Shown: positions 1 through 10,031 of the stretch, in pieces
Position numbering within the stretch: position 1 is the first letter of the stretch
How the letters are laid out: each line of letters starts with the position of its first letter
Assembly: GCA_049903315.1 (NCBI GenBank)
Contig: JBNGBT010000004.1
Span: forward strand, 208,031-272,030
DNA: 64,000 nucleotides
Direction: 5' to 3'
Origin: Candidatus Cloacimonadota bacterium
GTDB taxonomy: Bacteria; Cloacimonadota; Cloacimonadia; JGIOTU-2
The notes under the pieces: model-generated
What the model was told of the DNA's origin: nothing
The model's input: the letters and a program-made list of their open reading frames with translations, nothing else
Database searches by the model: none
Program-made: the position numbers and the translations under genes

Positions 1-2
1 CA

Positions 3-404
3 ATTCCTTCTGCGAATGTCATATTAAATGTATCCGGACCACAGGTTTTTATTGAATCAACCGAGTTAAATTTTGGAAATCCCCTGGAAGTTACCTATAT
101 TGAGCCAAAACTGAAAGAGAAACTCTCCGGTTACGGATATAGTTTTGTGGATATGAAGTCTGATGCCGATTATGTTATTATGATCGATGCACAGTCCAGG
201 AAAGGTTCAACAGTTTATCAAATGTGTTCGGCTTTTGTAGATGTAACTGTCTCCGTGATGGACATGTCTACGTATGAGGAAATTTACAAGAATACCTTTT
301 CTAATGCGAAAGGCATCAATACGGATATGGACAAAGCAGGTCTGGCAGCGTTCGATAATGCAGCAAAACAGATCTCAGAAGAGATCATTGAAATCATGCA
401 ATAA
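3..404 (+). CDS. Hypothetical protein, C-terminal part (truncated by window start)
   Basis: Frame open from base 3 to TAA at 402-404; precedes two co-oriented envelope genes. Confidence 0.6.
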   Translation: MPSANVILNVSGPQVFIESTELNFGNPLEVTYIEPKLKEKLSGYGYSFVDMKSDADYVIMIDAQSRKGSTVYQMCSAFVDVTVSVMDMSTYEEIYKNTFSNAKGINTDMDKAGLAAFDNAAKQISEEIIEIMQ

Positions 405-418
405 TTTTTGGAGCTTTA

Positions 419-1759
419 ATGAAAAAAATAATATTATTTTTACTTATGCTTCTGCTCTGTACGAGCTTTCTACACGGACTTGAAAAATTTTATCAGTACT
501 ATGATAAGGGTTTGGAATATATGGAGAAAGGTGACTGGCTGCGTGCGATCGAGGAGTTCAAGAGTGCGGCATCCCTCGAATTTGAGGATACAAAAAAAAT
601 GCGCACGTATGGCACGAGATTCATTAAATATTTTCCTCACAGAGAGATGGGTATTGCCTATTATCAACTCGGGGAATTTGATATCGCTAAAGAAGAGCTT
701 GAACTTTCAATTGCCTATAAGAAAACGAGTGAAGCAGAAGAATATCTTGAAAGAGTTCTTCTTGGCATTGCTCCGGAGCAGGATATCATAGTTCAGGAAG
801 AGATCATAGAGGAAGTTATCGAAGAAAAGCAGAAAGAGCAAGTGATTGAGAAAGAACCGGAAAAGGTCATCACAGAACCTAAAGAGAAAGAGGATGTCAG
901 GAAGAAACCGGTACAAATTGCCTCTATCGATAAAGATGTGATTAAAAGAGAGAAAGAGAAAGAAAAGGAAAGAGCAATTGTCCCAACTTTGAAGAGAGAT
1001 GAAGAAAGAGTGACATTAGAACCCCCAACTGATAAAGTTCCGGTTGGCGCTCTTACTTATGACCCTTCCAAAGTCACACAGGTGGGCTCACGTCTTTCAA
1101 TCGCAGTGATGCCATTTGAAGCAAAGGGACAGGCACACGAATATGAATTCACTCTTATGGAGAAATTGGTCACGCAGCTTGTTAACTTGAGAAGATTCAG
1201 GGTTATAGAGCGCGGTGCGATGGACCAGGTCATGAATGAGCAGGCATTGGGAATGTCTGGCATGGTCGATGAAGAGACTGCGGTCGAGGTGGGGAAACTT
1301 GCAGGTGCGGATGTGATCGTGGTCGGAACCATAAATATTGCAGAGGGTTTCGGAAAAGTGAGTGCACGCGGTATTGATACTGAAACTGCAGAAATGATCG
1401 TTGCAAAAGAATCCCAAACTGGTGAACCCAGCATGTCTAATCTTGAATCGCTGGTGGAGAATGTCGCGATCTTGATCTATAATGCCCTCCCGCTCGTAGA
1501 AGGATATATAGTTAATATCGATGAAAATGTCCTGTATCTTGACATGGGCAGCAATGTGGGCATCCGAAAGGGAACGAAGTGTGTCGCTTTCCGGGAAGGT
1601 GATGAGATCATTCATCCTATTACAAAAGAAGTTCTGGGCACGAAGGTCACTATGCTCGGTGAATTGATCGTTACACAGGTTCAGGAAAAGATGTCTATCG
1701 CAAAAGTTTTGGCAAAAGAAGGTACTATTAAAATTGGAGATAAAGTAGTCGTAAAATAA
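419..1759 (+). CDS. Secreted TPR + CsgG/HfaB-like + FlgT C-terminal-like protein
   Basis: Signal peptide; TPR-like helices; 'IAVMPF..FRVIERGAMDQVMNEQALGMSG.VD..TAVEVGKLAGAD' CsgG-like motif; 'LDMGSNVGIRKG..IKIGDKV' end. Confidence 0.7.
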   Translation: MKKIILFLLMLLLCTSFLHGLEKFYQYYDKGLEYMEKGDWLRAIEEFKSAASLEFEDTKKMRTYGTRFIKYFPHREMGIAYYQLGEFDIAKEELELSIAYKKTSEAEEYLERVLLGIAPEQDIIVQEEIIEEVIEEKQKEQVIEKEPEKVITEPKEKEDVRKKPVQIASIDKDVIKREKEKEKERAIVPTLKRDEERVTLEPPTDKVPVGALTYDPSKVTQVGSRLSIAVMPFEAKGQAHEYEFTLMEKLVTQLVNLRRFRVIERGAMDQVMNEQALGMSGMVDEETAVEVGKLAGADVIVVGTINIAEGFGKVSARGIDTETAEMIVAKESQTGEPSMSNLESLVENVAILIYNALPLVEGYIVNIDENVLYLDMGSNVGIRKGTKCVAFREGDEIIHPITKEVLGTKVTMLGELIVTQVQEKMSIAKVLAKEGTIKIGDKVVVK

Positions 1760-1772
1760 ATAAGGAGTATTC

Positions 1773-2897
1773 ATGAAAAAATTTATCATTGTTATTATTT
1801 CAATCCTCTTCTGTGTAACTTCCTTAAGCTATGCACAGAATATTAACTGGAATCTGACCGGTGCCGGTGCCCGAGCTGCAGGTTTTGGCGGAGCATTTAT
1901 CGGTGTGGCAGATGATGCAACAGCAATCAGCTGGAATCCTGCAGGTCTTACCCAGCTCATCGATCCGGAATTCTCAGCCGTGATGCGTTATATTAATGAC
2001 AGCTATGATTTTGTGAGAATGGGTTCGGGAAACACTCTTGGCATCGGGCATGTTGTACCGAACTTTATGAGTGCAGTCTATCCTTTCAACTTTGGAAGTC
2101 GAAGCATCGTAGCAGGTATTGCATATCAGCAAATGCTTGATTTCTATTCAGAAGGGGAAGATTATTATGGTGACGATTATAAAACAACCGGTGGGGTGTA
2201 CACAATGAGTTTGGGGCTTGGTGCGCAAATAATACCGGTTTTTTCAGTCGGTGTCACTTCTAATGTGTGGACAGGAAATTATAAATATGAATTGATAAGC
2301 AAAGATGACAACGCTGAACACTTCTCTGGTTTCAATTTTAATCTTGGTGCAATGATCAATCTTGAAAACTTAAATTCTCCGCTTCCGGTAAAATTCGGTT
2401 TTGGTTTTAAATCTCCATTTGATCTTAATAGCGATTTTGATTATACAGTTGAGATGCCCACCATGCTTGGATTTGGAGGTTCGGTACGTCTTGGTGATAA
2501 TTTGACCGTTGCTTGTGATTATGAAACAAGAGCTTACGGTTCAAGCAAGATCGTGTATGATGGCGGTGGAGAAACTCCTTTGTCTGATTATGATCTGAAT
2601 CAGCTAAGATTTGGCGCAGAGTATTTGCTTGTGACAGATTTTGCTGTCATTCCTGTTCGGGCTGGATTCCATACACTTCCAACGACATATTCAAATTTTG
2701 ATGATTATGGTGATCCGGTTGATCAGGTTGTTGGCTCAGGATTTGCATTTGGCACAGGATTGATCTTTGAAAAGATAGCTATAGATGCTACCGTAACAAT
2801 GGATTCCTTTAAACAAAATATTGCCGAAACAGAAGGAAATTACACTAAACTTTCAACTACGACTTTCACTCTTTCAGGAATTCTCTATTTGAACTAA
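1773..2897 (+). CDS. Outer-membrane beta-barrel, FadL/PorV-like family
   Basis: Signal peptide; 'GARAAGFGGAFIGVADDATAISWNPAGL' N-terminal motif; alternating beta-strand pattern. Confidence 0.75.
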   Translation: MKKFIIVIISILFCVTSLSYAQNINWNLTGAGARAAGFGGAFIGVADDATAISWNPAGLTQLIDPEFSAVMRYINDSYDFVRMGSGNTLGIGHVVPNFMSAVYPFNFGSRSIVAGIAYQQMLDFYSEGEDYYGDDYKTTGGVYTMSLGLGAQIIPVFSVGVTSNVWTGNYKYELISKDDNAEHFSGFNFNLGAMINLENLNSPLPVKFGFGFKSPFDLNSDFDYTVEMPTMLGFGGSVRLGDNLTVACDYETRAYGSSKIVYDGGGETPLSDYDLNQLRFGAEYLLVTDFAVIPVRAGFHTLPTTYSNFDDYGDPVDQVVGSGFAFGTGLIFEKIAIDATVTMDSFKQNIAETEGNYTKLSTTTFTLSGILYLN

Positions 2898-2916
2898 ACA
2901 ATATTAAACATGATTC

Positions 2917-2947
2917 AGGGCTTCTGCGTGTCAGGAGCCCTTTTTTA
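2917..2947 (+). terminator. Intrinsic terminator
   Basis: GGGCTTCT...GGAGCCC hairpin followed by a T7 run. Confidence 0.7.
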
Positions 2948-3110
2948 ATTGCCATTGATATTGAAGGCGACAATGGCCATTATCGCCTTCTGTATTTGTA
3001 TATTTTTTTCAATTAAATCTGTACGAACGTGTCCCTCGGCTGGCGGATCGTGAGTTATTTTTTTAACCGTTACGAAGGTTTCCTTCATCAACCGTTCGCA
3101 AGATTTTAGA

Positions 3111-3770
3111 TTATCTGTGTTTTTCTACTCCTCTTTTGGGACAAAAATTCTCGATCGGGCATGTCGAGCAGAGAGGAGAGATCGGTTTGCAGAGATGCTG
3201 ACCAAAGGACACAAGATAGTCATTATAAATTTTCCAATATTCTTTTGGTAATTTCTCCCGAAGTGCAAACTCGGTCTGCTCGGGCGTTTTTGTTTGCACA
3301 TAATCCCATCTATTGGAAATCCGGCGCACATGAGTATCCACACAAATGCCGTATTTATCATATCCAAGTACAATTACAAGATTTGCTGTTTTACGACCGA
3401 CTCCGGGGAGTGCAAGCAGATCATCAAGATTATTCGGCACTTTTCCATCATACTTATCGAGTAATATTTTGCATACCTGAAGAATGTGTTCCGCTTTTCT
3501 GTGATAAAAACCAACAGGAAAAATGAGCTTTTCTATCTGCACATTGCTGAGTTTAAGCATCTCATCCGGAGTTGAAGCCACATTAAATAATCGGTATGAT
3601 GCTTCTGCAGTGACTTCGTCTTTTGTGCGTAGACTAAGAATTGTGCTGATCAAAATGAGAAAGGGATTTCTCTGTTTCTCAGAAATTTTTGTGACAATTG
3701 GTTTGCGGTTTTTATTGTATTCAGTTTCTATCAGCGAGAGGATCTCGCCAATATTGGAATTATCAATCAT
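3111..3770 (-). CDS. nth: Endonuclease III
   Basis: HhH motif LPGVGRKTAN, VDTHV, and C-x6-C-x2-C-x5-C 4Fe-4S motif. Confidence 0.92.
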   Translation of the reverse strand: MIDNSNIGEILSLIETEYNKNRKPIVTKISEKQRNPFLILISTILSLRTKDEVTAEASYRLFNVASTPDEMLKLSNVQIEKLIFPVGFYHRKAEHILQVCKILLDKYDGKVPNNLDDLLALPGVGRKTANLVIVLGYDKYGICVDTHVRRISNRWDYVQTKTPEQTEFALREKLPKEYWKIYNDYLVSFGQHLCKPISPLCSTCPIENFCPKRGVEKHR

Positions 3771-3778
3771 AGAGAGGA

Positions 3779-5401
3779 TTAATCGGGCTTCTGTTCGATA
3801 ATATAGCCGTCGATCGCCTTGATCATGTCTGCGAGTTTCGGGGATTTTTTCTTGATTTCCTCGTATGATGCGCCGTGCATATACTTTTTCCCTGTCTTCG
3901 GCTCTTCAAACTCGAATACAACCTTAACCGGTGTGTGGAAATGCTCGGAAAAAATCGTTGCGATCTTATCAATATCTTCATTCAGCATCTGGTATGTAAT
4001 TCTGGAATTGGTCGAGTAATGAATAAAATTGTTGGAAATATTTTTTATTGTTGTTTTGGAAAAATGATTTGAAATAATTGGCATTTCGTCCTGTAATTTC
4101 TTTCTCAGTGCTTGCCACTCACTTTGTATGATATCCTCTGTAAGATTTATTTCCGGATCAGTTTTTTCAGATTTGATCTCTTCTGTTTTTTCAGGACGTT
4201 TATTTTTTTTAACTGATCTTTTCTCAAACAAAACTTTTTCAGAGGGTTTTTTTTCTTTCTGTGTACGTGGAGTAAAAGAGGGCATTTGTTTGTGCTGACC
4301 CATATCTTCAACCTGAACTAACCGGCTGATATTAGCCAATTTAAGCAAACTTGTTTCGAGAAGAAGCACAGGATGTGAACAGGTGCGCAACTTGTCTTTT
4401 GTGTCCACGAGCAAAGTAATGACGTACAGGAGATCTTCTTCGGAAAAATATTCGCTGATAGGGGAGAGAGCATCGATTTCATCCGAGTGCACTTCCTCTG
4501 GAATGATGCCGATTTTTATCATAAGGATATTTCTGAAATATTCGATCATGCCGAGGGTGAGTTCATTTATGTCATTGCCTTCTGCCACGACATTATGAAA
4601 ATTTTCGATCAGACCCTTTTCGTCATCTCCAATGATCTTCTGCACTAGCGAATGATATACATCGACATTCACAATCCCGAACACCTGGAGTACATCTTCC
4701 TTCGTGATCTTGTCCTTACCAATAGATACGATCTGGTCCATCAAACTCAATGCATCACGCAGGCTTCCATCTGCTTTTTTTGCCACAAGAAAGATCGCAG
4801 CGTCATTAAAAGTAATATGTTCTTTTGGGGTAATAGTATGTATCTGCTCGATGATCTGTTTGATGGGTATTCGATGGAAATCATAACGCTGGCATCGTGA
4901 AGTGATCGTTGCCAGAACTTTATGAGGTTCAGTTGTTGCAAAGATGAATTTCACGTTTTTAGGTGGTTCTTCGAGGGTCTTCAGGAGTGCATTGAATGCA
5001 TTTTTAGAAAGCATGTGCACTTCATCGATGATGTATATCTTATATTTTGAACTTTGCGGAGGGTATAAGAGCTCGTTTTGCAGACCGCGAATATCTTCTA
5101 CGCTTGTGTTTGATGCACCATCGATCTCGATCACATCAACCGAGTTCGAGCGTGTGATCTCCACGCAGTTCTTGCATTCGTTGCAAGGAGTATCTGTGGG
5201 TCCCTTTTCGCAGTTAAGTGCTTTAGCCAGGATGCGTGCCATCGAGGTTTTTCCCACACCACGCGGTCCGGTAAAAAGGAATGCCTGCGCAATATGATCG
5301 GTCTTGATCGCATTTTTCAGCGTGCGGGTAATATGCTCTTGAGCAATGACCTCATCAAAGGTCTGGGGTCGGTATTTTCGTGCGAGTACTATGTATGCCA
5401 T
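3779..5401 (-). CDS. dnaX: DNA polymerase III subunit gamma/tau
   Basis: [10 protein letters not shown], Walker [10 protein letters not shown], Cys zinc motif, DEVHML, SRCQ. Confidence 0.97.
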   Translation of the reverse strand: MAYIVLARKYRPQTFDEVIAQEHITRTLKNAIKTDHIAQAFLFTGPRGVGKTSMARILAKALNCEKGPTDTPCNECKNCVEITRSNSVDVIEIDGASNTSVEDIRGLQNELLYPPQSSKYKIYIIDEVHMLSKNAFNALLKTLEEPPKNVKFIFATTEPHKVLATITSRCQRYDFHRIPIKQIIEQIHTITPKEHITFNDAAIFLVAKKADGSLRDALSLMDQIVSIGKDKITKEDVLQVFGIVNVDVYHSLVQKIIGDDEKGLIENFHNVVAEGNDINELTLGMIEYFRNILMIKIGIIPEEVHSDEIDALSPISEYFSEEDLLYVITLLVDTKDKLRTCSHPVLLLETSLLKLANISRLVQVEDMGQHKQMPSFTPRTQKEKKPSEKVLFEKRSVKKNKRPEKTEEIKSEKTDPEINLTEDIIQSEWQALRKKLQDEMPIISNHFSKTTIKNISNNFIHYSTNSRITYQMLNEDIDKIATIFSEHFHTPVKVVFEFEEPKTGKKYMHGASYEEIKKKSPKLADMIKAIDGYIIEQKPD

Positions 5402-5462
5402 GGTGTAATTGTAGATTTATAATTTTGCTGTCAAATTTTATGAATTTATCTTGGGAACAAAC

Positions 5463-5494
<32 letters not shown>

Positions 5495-5551
5495 AGAACG
5501 TATAGAAATGTAGCACAAGATTCCGATCTTATGTAAGTAAAAGAGATAGTC

Positions 5552-5741
5552 GTTCATTTTCTCCTTGATGAGAAAACGAACCAAATGAATCACACGCTGA
5601 TCAAGAAAACACTAAAATTTCATTCATTCAGCTAAAAGAAAAGAACTTATTCTTCCGACACTTCGGAAGAATTCAAACAGCTTTCCTTTTTTAACACCTC
5701 ATTCACAAAATTTCTTAACGTGTTTTCTTAATAGGCGGGAA
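5552..5741. repeat. 190-bp structured repeat, copy 1
   Basis: Near-identical to 6022-6211; nested inverted repeats. Confidence 0.85.
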
Positions 5742-6021
5742 TGGATAAGAAAAAATCAAATCCTCTCTAAATAAGGGGAGTACGCCAACTGGCGGATACA
5801 TCATCGCAGGTAAAGCCCAAAGAGATAGTTGCATAATTTAATAATGAAAATTCTAAAGAAGTAAAAATACTCATGAATTTTAATCAATCGAAATTGAGAA
5901 ATTATTGAAAAAGTAACGCATGATTCCAATCTTGCGCGATTCATAACTGAACTGAACACATTAATTATAACGATGAGTCGGGTAAATAGTTGGAATTGAA
6001 ATATAACTGAAAGATAATTAT

Positions 6022-6211
6022 GTTCATTTTCTCCTTGATGAGAAAACGAACCAAAAGAATCACCCGCTGATCAAGAAAACACTAAAATTTCATTCATTCA
6101 GCTAAAAGAAAAGAACTTGTTCTTCCGACACTTCGGAAGAACTCAGACAGCTTTTCTTTTTAAACGCTTCATTCACAAAATTTCTTAACGTATTTTCTTA
6201 ATAGGCGGGAA
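6022..6211. repeat. 190-bp structured repeat, copy 2
   Basis: Direct repeat of 5552-5741, offset 470 bp. Confidence 0.85.
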
Positions 6212-6417
6212 AGCAAATACCTGATCCTGACTGTATGATCTAAATTTTATTATGAGTTAAATATGTCGCTTAACGAATTTCTTGTATATTTGTTGAGGTT
6301 GTGGGACAACCCCGCGATTTTATTTCTTATTATTTATACAAATTTTTCATTCGCTGCAGAAGTTCATCATTTTCAAGTAAGGCAACAGAATTTGTAATCT
6401 GATTTACTGATCCGATT

Positions 6418-6888
6418 TCAGATTTTATGTGCAGAATGGCTTTGTTCTTTATCTGTTTTTTTTATATGTCTTGCAAAAATTCCACCATTAATAACGAGAT
6501 ATGGTCTATCATAAAATTCAGTGACTTTAACTTTAAGGGGCTTGGTAATTTTTAAATTATTGTGCATGTGTGCAATACTTTCATATGCTTTCGAGAGATA
6601 TTTTTCTCTTTCTTTCCAATTTTCAGAAGAGATAATTTTGTGGAAAAGAGGAGTGAGTTCTTTTGCTGATCTTAATTGTGCCAAAGCAGTTCCAAACCAT
6701 TTGCTGTAAGGCACATATTCTTTTTCCATTAAAAAGCAAAGTCTCATGAGTGACTGGACTAATCGAGCAGCAATAATGCGAGAACCTAACTCATCCTCCG
6801 CATCTCCGCATCTGCCGACAAAAGGTTCCTCTTCAGCAATGTTAGTCCATTCCGATGCAAGAAGGTAAAGCCAAATATCATGAGGATA
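6418..6888 (-). pseudogene. 5'-truncated DUF4037-like gene (C-terminal half)
   Basis: YPHDIWLYLLASEW..GDAEDELGSR..PYSKWFGTA..FYDRPY resembles the DUF4037 C-terminal region; upstream the frame runs straight into repeat R1 and has no start of its own. Confidence 0.7.
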
Positions 6889-7006
6889 ATGTTTTGCGCA
6901 TACGGCGGAATCAGCAGGATTCCGTCGTAAAACGAACAGCCAAACACCTGAGCCGGAAGGTTCAGGCAAAAAGCACTGACCAAACCAACTGACGACACGG
7001 CTGTTA
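6887..7006 (-). repeat. attC-like repeat R1 (120 bp)
   Basis: On + strand TAATGTTTTGCG...CCTGAGCCGGAAGGTTCAGG...GACACGGCTGTTA; homologous to R2-R6. Confidence 0.88.
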
Positions 7007-7132
7007 CACGAATTTTTAGTTATTAATCTCGAAAGAATTAGAAAAAAGCTAACCCTGGTAGCTGACTGGGACAATGCCCCAGCCAACGACAGCACCTCGC
7101 TCTCCAAATAAATGGAGATCCAGGGAGTTGCT

Positions 7133-7951
7133 TTATTTTCTACGAATTTCATCTATTTGTTTTTTTGCGCAATGTTTTTTTTTCATCGAAAGACCATCAC
7201 ATATTTCAAAATTATCATTTCGCCATTCAATTTGATTGAAATTTGAAGTTCCTGGCACTTCTGAACCAAGGAAATACCTTTTATTATTATGAATAATGCC
7301 AAAATTTATCGAAGCAGAATCCGGTTTTCTATATAAACCAATTAGTTGTGGAGAACCTCCACAGTTTTTATCTCTTATATTAAATAAAGTATCACAAAAA
7401 CAATGAAAGACATTTCTACTGGTGCTTTTATTTACACCCTGTTGATATCTTTTGTAGTTCTCAATAAATTCTTGTCTACCAGAACCGAGAACAAATAGTA
7501 AATCTGATTGCATAGGCAAATTCATTGTTTCTCTTTTAGAAGTAATTGAGTTTGACCAAGTCATTTTATAACATTTGAAATTAGGATAATTATTAACAAT
7601 TGTGTCTCTGGTAATGTGCATTATGTTTACGATGTTACTTACCAATTTCGGATATTTTGAAAAAGAATGTGATATTTTTTCGAATACAAGTTTGTTTTTT
7701 TTATCACAATTTAGGGTTTTTGTAAAAAGAATATTGGAATCTATCATCTCGATTATTTGAGATAATACTATTGATGGAAATAACACATCGCCAGAATAAG
7801 CTAATATTTCAGGATATTCTTTTGAGGAAAAAACTTTTTTACCATAATCAAATTTGGTTGTACTATTCCATGTAAACCGGCTATCGCCAGCAATATATGC
7901 TGACGTTGGTCCGTGTGTGTCAACGCCTAACCAAGAAACGATTAAGGTCAC
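7133..7951 (-). CDS. Cassette gene: putative Ntn-hydrolase/proteasome-beta-like protein
   Basis: GTG start at 7951 after GGAGA; (M)TLIV..AGDSR..KKVF..AYSGD pattern. Confidence 0.55.
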   Translation of the reverse strand: MTLIVSWLGVDTHGPTSAYIAGDSRFTWNSTTKFDYGKKVFSSKEYPEILAYSGDVLFPSIVLSQIIEMIDSNILFTKTLNCDKKNKLVFEKISHSFSKYPKLVSNIVNIMHITRDTIVNNYPNFKCYKMTWSNSITSKRETMNLPMQSDLLFVLGSGRQEFIENYKRYQQGVNKSTSRNVFHCFCDTLFNIRDKNCGGSPQLIGLYRKPDSASINFGIIHNNKRYFLGSEVPGTSNFNQIEWRNDNFEICDGLSMKKKHCAKKQIDEIRRK

Positions 7952-7982
7952 TTTTATCTCCAACTAATTACAAAATTTCGTG

Positions 7983-8100
7983 TAATGTTTTGCGTGTGCG
8001 GCGGAATCAGAATGATTCAGCCGAGACAAACAGCCCAAACCCTGAACCGGAAGGTTCAGGACAGAAGCACTGACCAGCCCTACAGCCGACACGCTTGTTA
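7983..8100 (-). repeat. attC-like repeat R2 (118 bp)
   Basis: TAATGTTTTGCGTGTGCGGC...CCTGAACCGGAAGGTTCAGG...GCCGACACGCTTGTTA. Confidence 0.9.
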
Positions 8101-8106
8101 AGTGCA

Positions 8107-9138
8107 TCAATCCAAAACATCTCTTCCACTTGTATAAGTAACTTCAATTGTTTCATTGAAAACTAATTTTTGGCTATCACTTGTAAATGATCTTGCAGAA
8201 GAAGCCGGAGTTTCAGATAATAATGTTATTTGATCAGTTACCATATCCCAAACCATGAATTTAGAGAACTCATCTATATAGGCAAGTTTATTTCCGTCAG
8301 GAGAGATTTTAGGAAAGGTTCCTGAGAATAAATGTGAAACGGAATAGTTAGATGTATTGAGTAGATAAATTTCATCATCGTCCTCAAAAACAACTTTTGA
8401 TCTATCTTCGCACATTGATAATTGTATTAAAAATCCTTCATAAATGTATTGATTATTAGTACCATCAGTATTAATTACATAGATACCTGGTTCAGAGAAG
8501 TATTTGCCATTTACATAGATAAGAGTGTTTTCATCAATCCAATCAACAGATGAATATGAGTTTTCCGATGAAAATTCAGAATCAACTACTACATCGATGT
8601 AACCGTCTAAATTGCGAAATTTAAGTGACCAAAGAACACTGTCTGGTAGCTCAAAATAATGTTTCTGAATATATGCAAAATATTCATAATTTGGTGATGG
8701 TTTTACATAACCTTCTACGATAGAATCAGTATTTGTTAGAACCTCAACAGTTCCAGATTCAATCGAACCTAAATAAATGTCACAATCAATTGAAGTTGGA
8801 CCCCAGAAGATTATTTTGTTTAAATTTGGGAACAACTCAAAATCACTAATATCGTAATTGGTTGTATCAGTTGGTAGGATAGTATTTATACTTAAAGTGT
8901 TTAAATCGAGTGAAACAATTTGATCATAAGGGTAACTAATCTTAGTTTTATGTAGGATTTTTGAGTTATTATCATAAAAAATAGAATGTCCTGCACTATA
9001 ATCTGTGAGTTGAATTTTGTTTGTACCATCGCAATTAATCATTGTTAGATAGTCATAATAGTAAGTTTCAGTTATTGGTTCACAACCAATTATAAATAGA
9101 ACTAATACAACCGAAATGCTATAAGCTAAATATTTCAT
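8107..9138 (-). CDS. Cassette gene: lipoprotein with TolB-like beta-propeller repeats
   Basis: Lipobox IIGC; SPNYEYFAY, SPDGNKLAY, TSDSQKLVF repeats; stop codon lies inside the cassette inverted repeat. Confidence 0.7.
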   Translation of the reverse strand: MKYLAYSISVVLVLFIIGCEPITETYYYDYLTMINCDGTNKIQLTDYSAGHSIFYDNNSKILHKTKISYPYDQIVSLDLNTLSINTILPTDTTNYDISDFELFPNLNKIIFWGPTSIDCDIYLGSIESGTVEVLTNTDSIVEGYVKPSPNYEYFAYIQKHYFELPDSVLWSLKFRNLDGYIDVVVDSEFSSENSYSSVDWIDENTLIYVNGKYFSEPGIYVINTDGTNNQYIYEGFLIQLSMCEDRSKVVFEDDDEIYLLNTSNYSVSHLFSGTFPKISPDGNKLAYIDEFSKFMVWDMVTDQITLLSETPASSARSFTSDSQKLVFNETIEVTYTSGRDVLD

Positions 9139-9166
9139 TCCTTTTACTCCATACTTTTGATGCACT

Positions 9167-9284
9167 TAATGTCTTGCGTATGCGGCGGGATCAGAATGAT
9201 CACGCCAAAACAACCAAGCAAACACCTGAGCCGGAAGGCTCAGGACAAAAGAACCGAAAAGCCCAACAGCCGATACGCCTGTTA
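9167..9284 (-). repeat. attC-like repeat R3 (118 bp)
   Basis: TAATGTCTTGCGTATGCGGC...CCTGAGCCGGAAGGCTCAGG...GCCGATACGCCTGTTA. Confidence 0.9.
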
Positions 9285-9323
9285 CAGGCAGTTTAAGATG
9301 AAATATTCTACACATAATTTAAA

Positions 9324-9836
9324 TCACCAGATATATTTGCATCTTACAAGGTATTTTACACCTTCATCAGTAACTGTATATGATTTTCGTCTTTTCTTAT
9401 TAATAAATCCATCTAAATATCCATTATCTTTTAAATATCCAAATGCAATTAGTGTTTTAAGATATGCAGTTATTGTTGATTCTTTGAAACCTACCGCTTC
9501 GGCATATTTATCTTTAAAAAAACAAGGTGCTTCGTTCGTTAACAAAACAAATAAAAGTCTTCTTAGGTGTTTTTTATTTGGTAGTTTTAATTTACGATTT
9601 TTATATAAGCAAATAGAGGTGTAGACAAGTGATAGAATTACAAAACACATTAATATTATTGATAATCTCAACATTGGTAGTGATATTTTACTGTGTAACG
9701 ATAACTGCTGTAATAATTTTGAGAAAAATGGGAAAAATTGAAGACCTGAAGGAGATAAAATTGGGATTACTATTTGTAGGATTGATACAATATCTCTCCA
9801 TGTTAATTTGTTGTTATTTTTATCTTTTTCACTCAC
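9324..9836 (-). CDS. Cassette gene: membrane protein with possible C-terminal winged helix
   Basis: GAGAGGA SD; two hydrophobic segments; 'YLKTLIAFGYL..YTVTDEGVKYL' end. Confidence 0.55.
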   Translation of the reverse strand: MSEKDKNNNKLTWRDIVSILQIVIPILSPSGLQFFPFFSKLLQQLSLHSKISLPMLRLSIILMCFVILSLVYTSICLYKNRKLKLPNKKHLRRLLFVLLTNEAPCFFKDKYAEAVGFKESTITAYLKTLIAFGYLKDNGYLDGFINKKRRKSYTVTDEGVKYLVRCKYIW

Positions 9837-9881
9837 TTCATCCTCTCAATTAAAACAATAAAAAAATACAGCAACTGCCTG

Positions 9882-10001
9882 TAATGTTTGGCGTGTGCGG
9901 CGGAATCAGAAGGATTCCGTCGTAAAACAAACAACCCAAACCCTGAACCGAAAGGTTCAGGCAAAACACACCACGAAACCGAACAGCCGACACGCTTGTT
10001 A
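9882..10001 (-). repeat. attC-like repeat R4 (120 bp)
   Basis: TAATGTTTGGCGTGTGCGGC...CCTGAACCGAAAGGTTCAGG...GCCGACACGCTTGTTA. Confidence 0.9.
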
Positions 10002-10031
10002 AACGCATATATCATAAAATTTCACCGAAAC

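Noticed and set aside
1097..1789. 230-aa minus-strand ORF and similar antisense ORFs across the window
   Set aside because: Shadow frames of well-supported genes with no recognisable motifs.
6889..7152. N-terminal part of the 244-aa ORF 6418-7152, plus ORFs 9157-9624 and 9833-10015
   Set aside because: They translate through the repeats or lie antisense to cassette genes.
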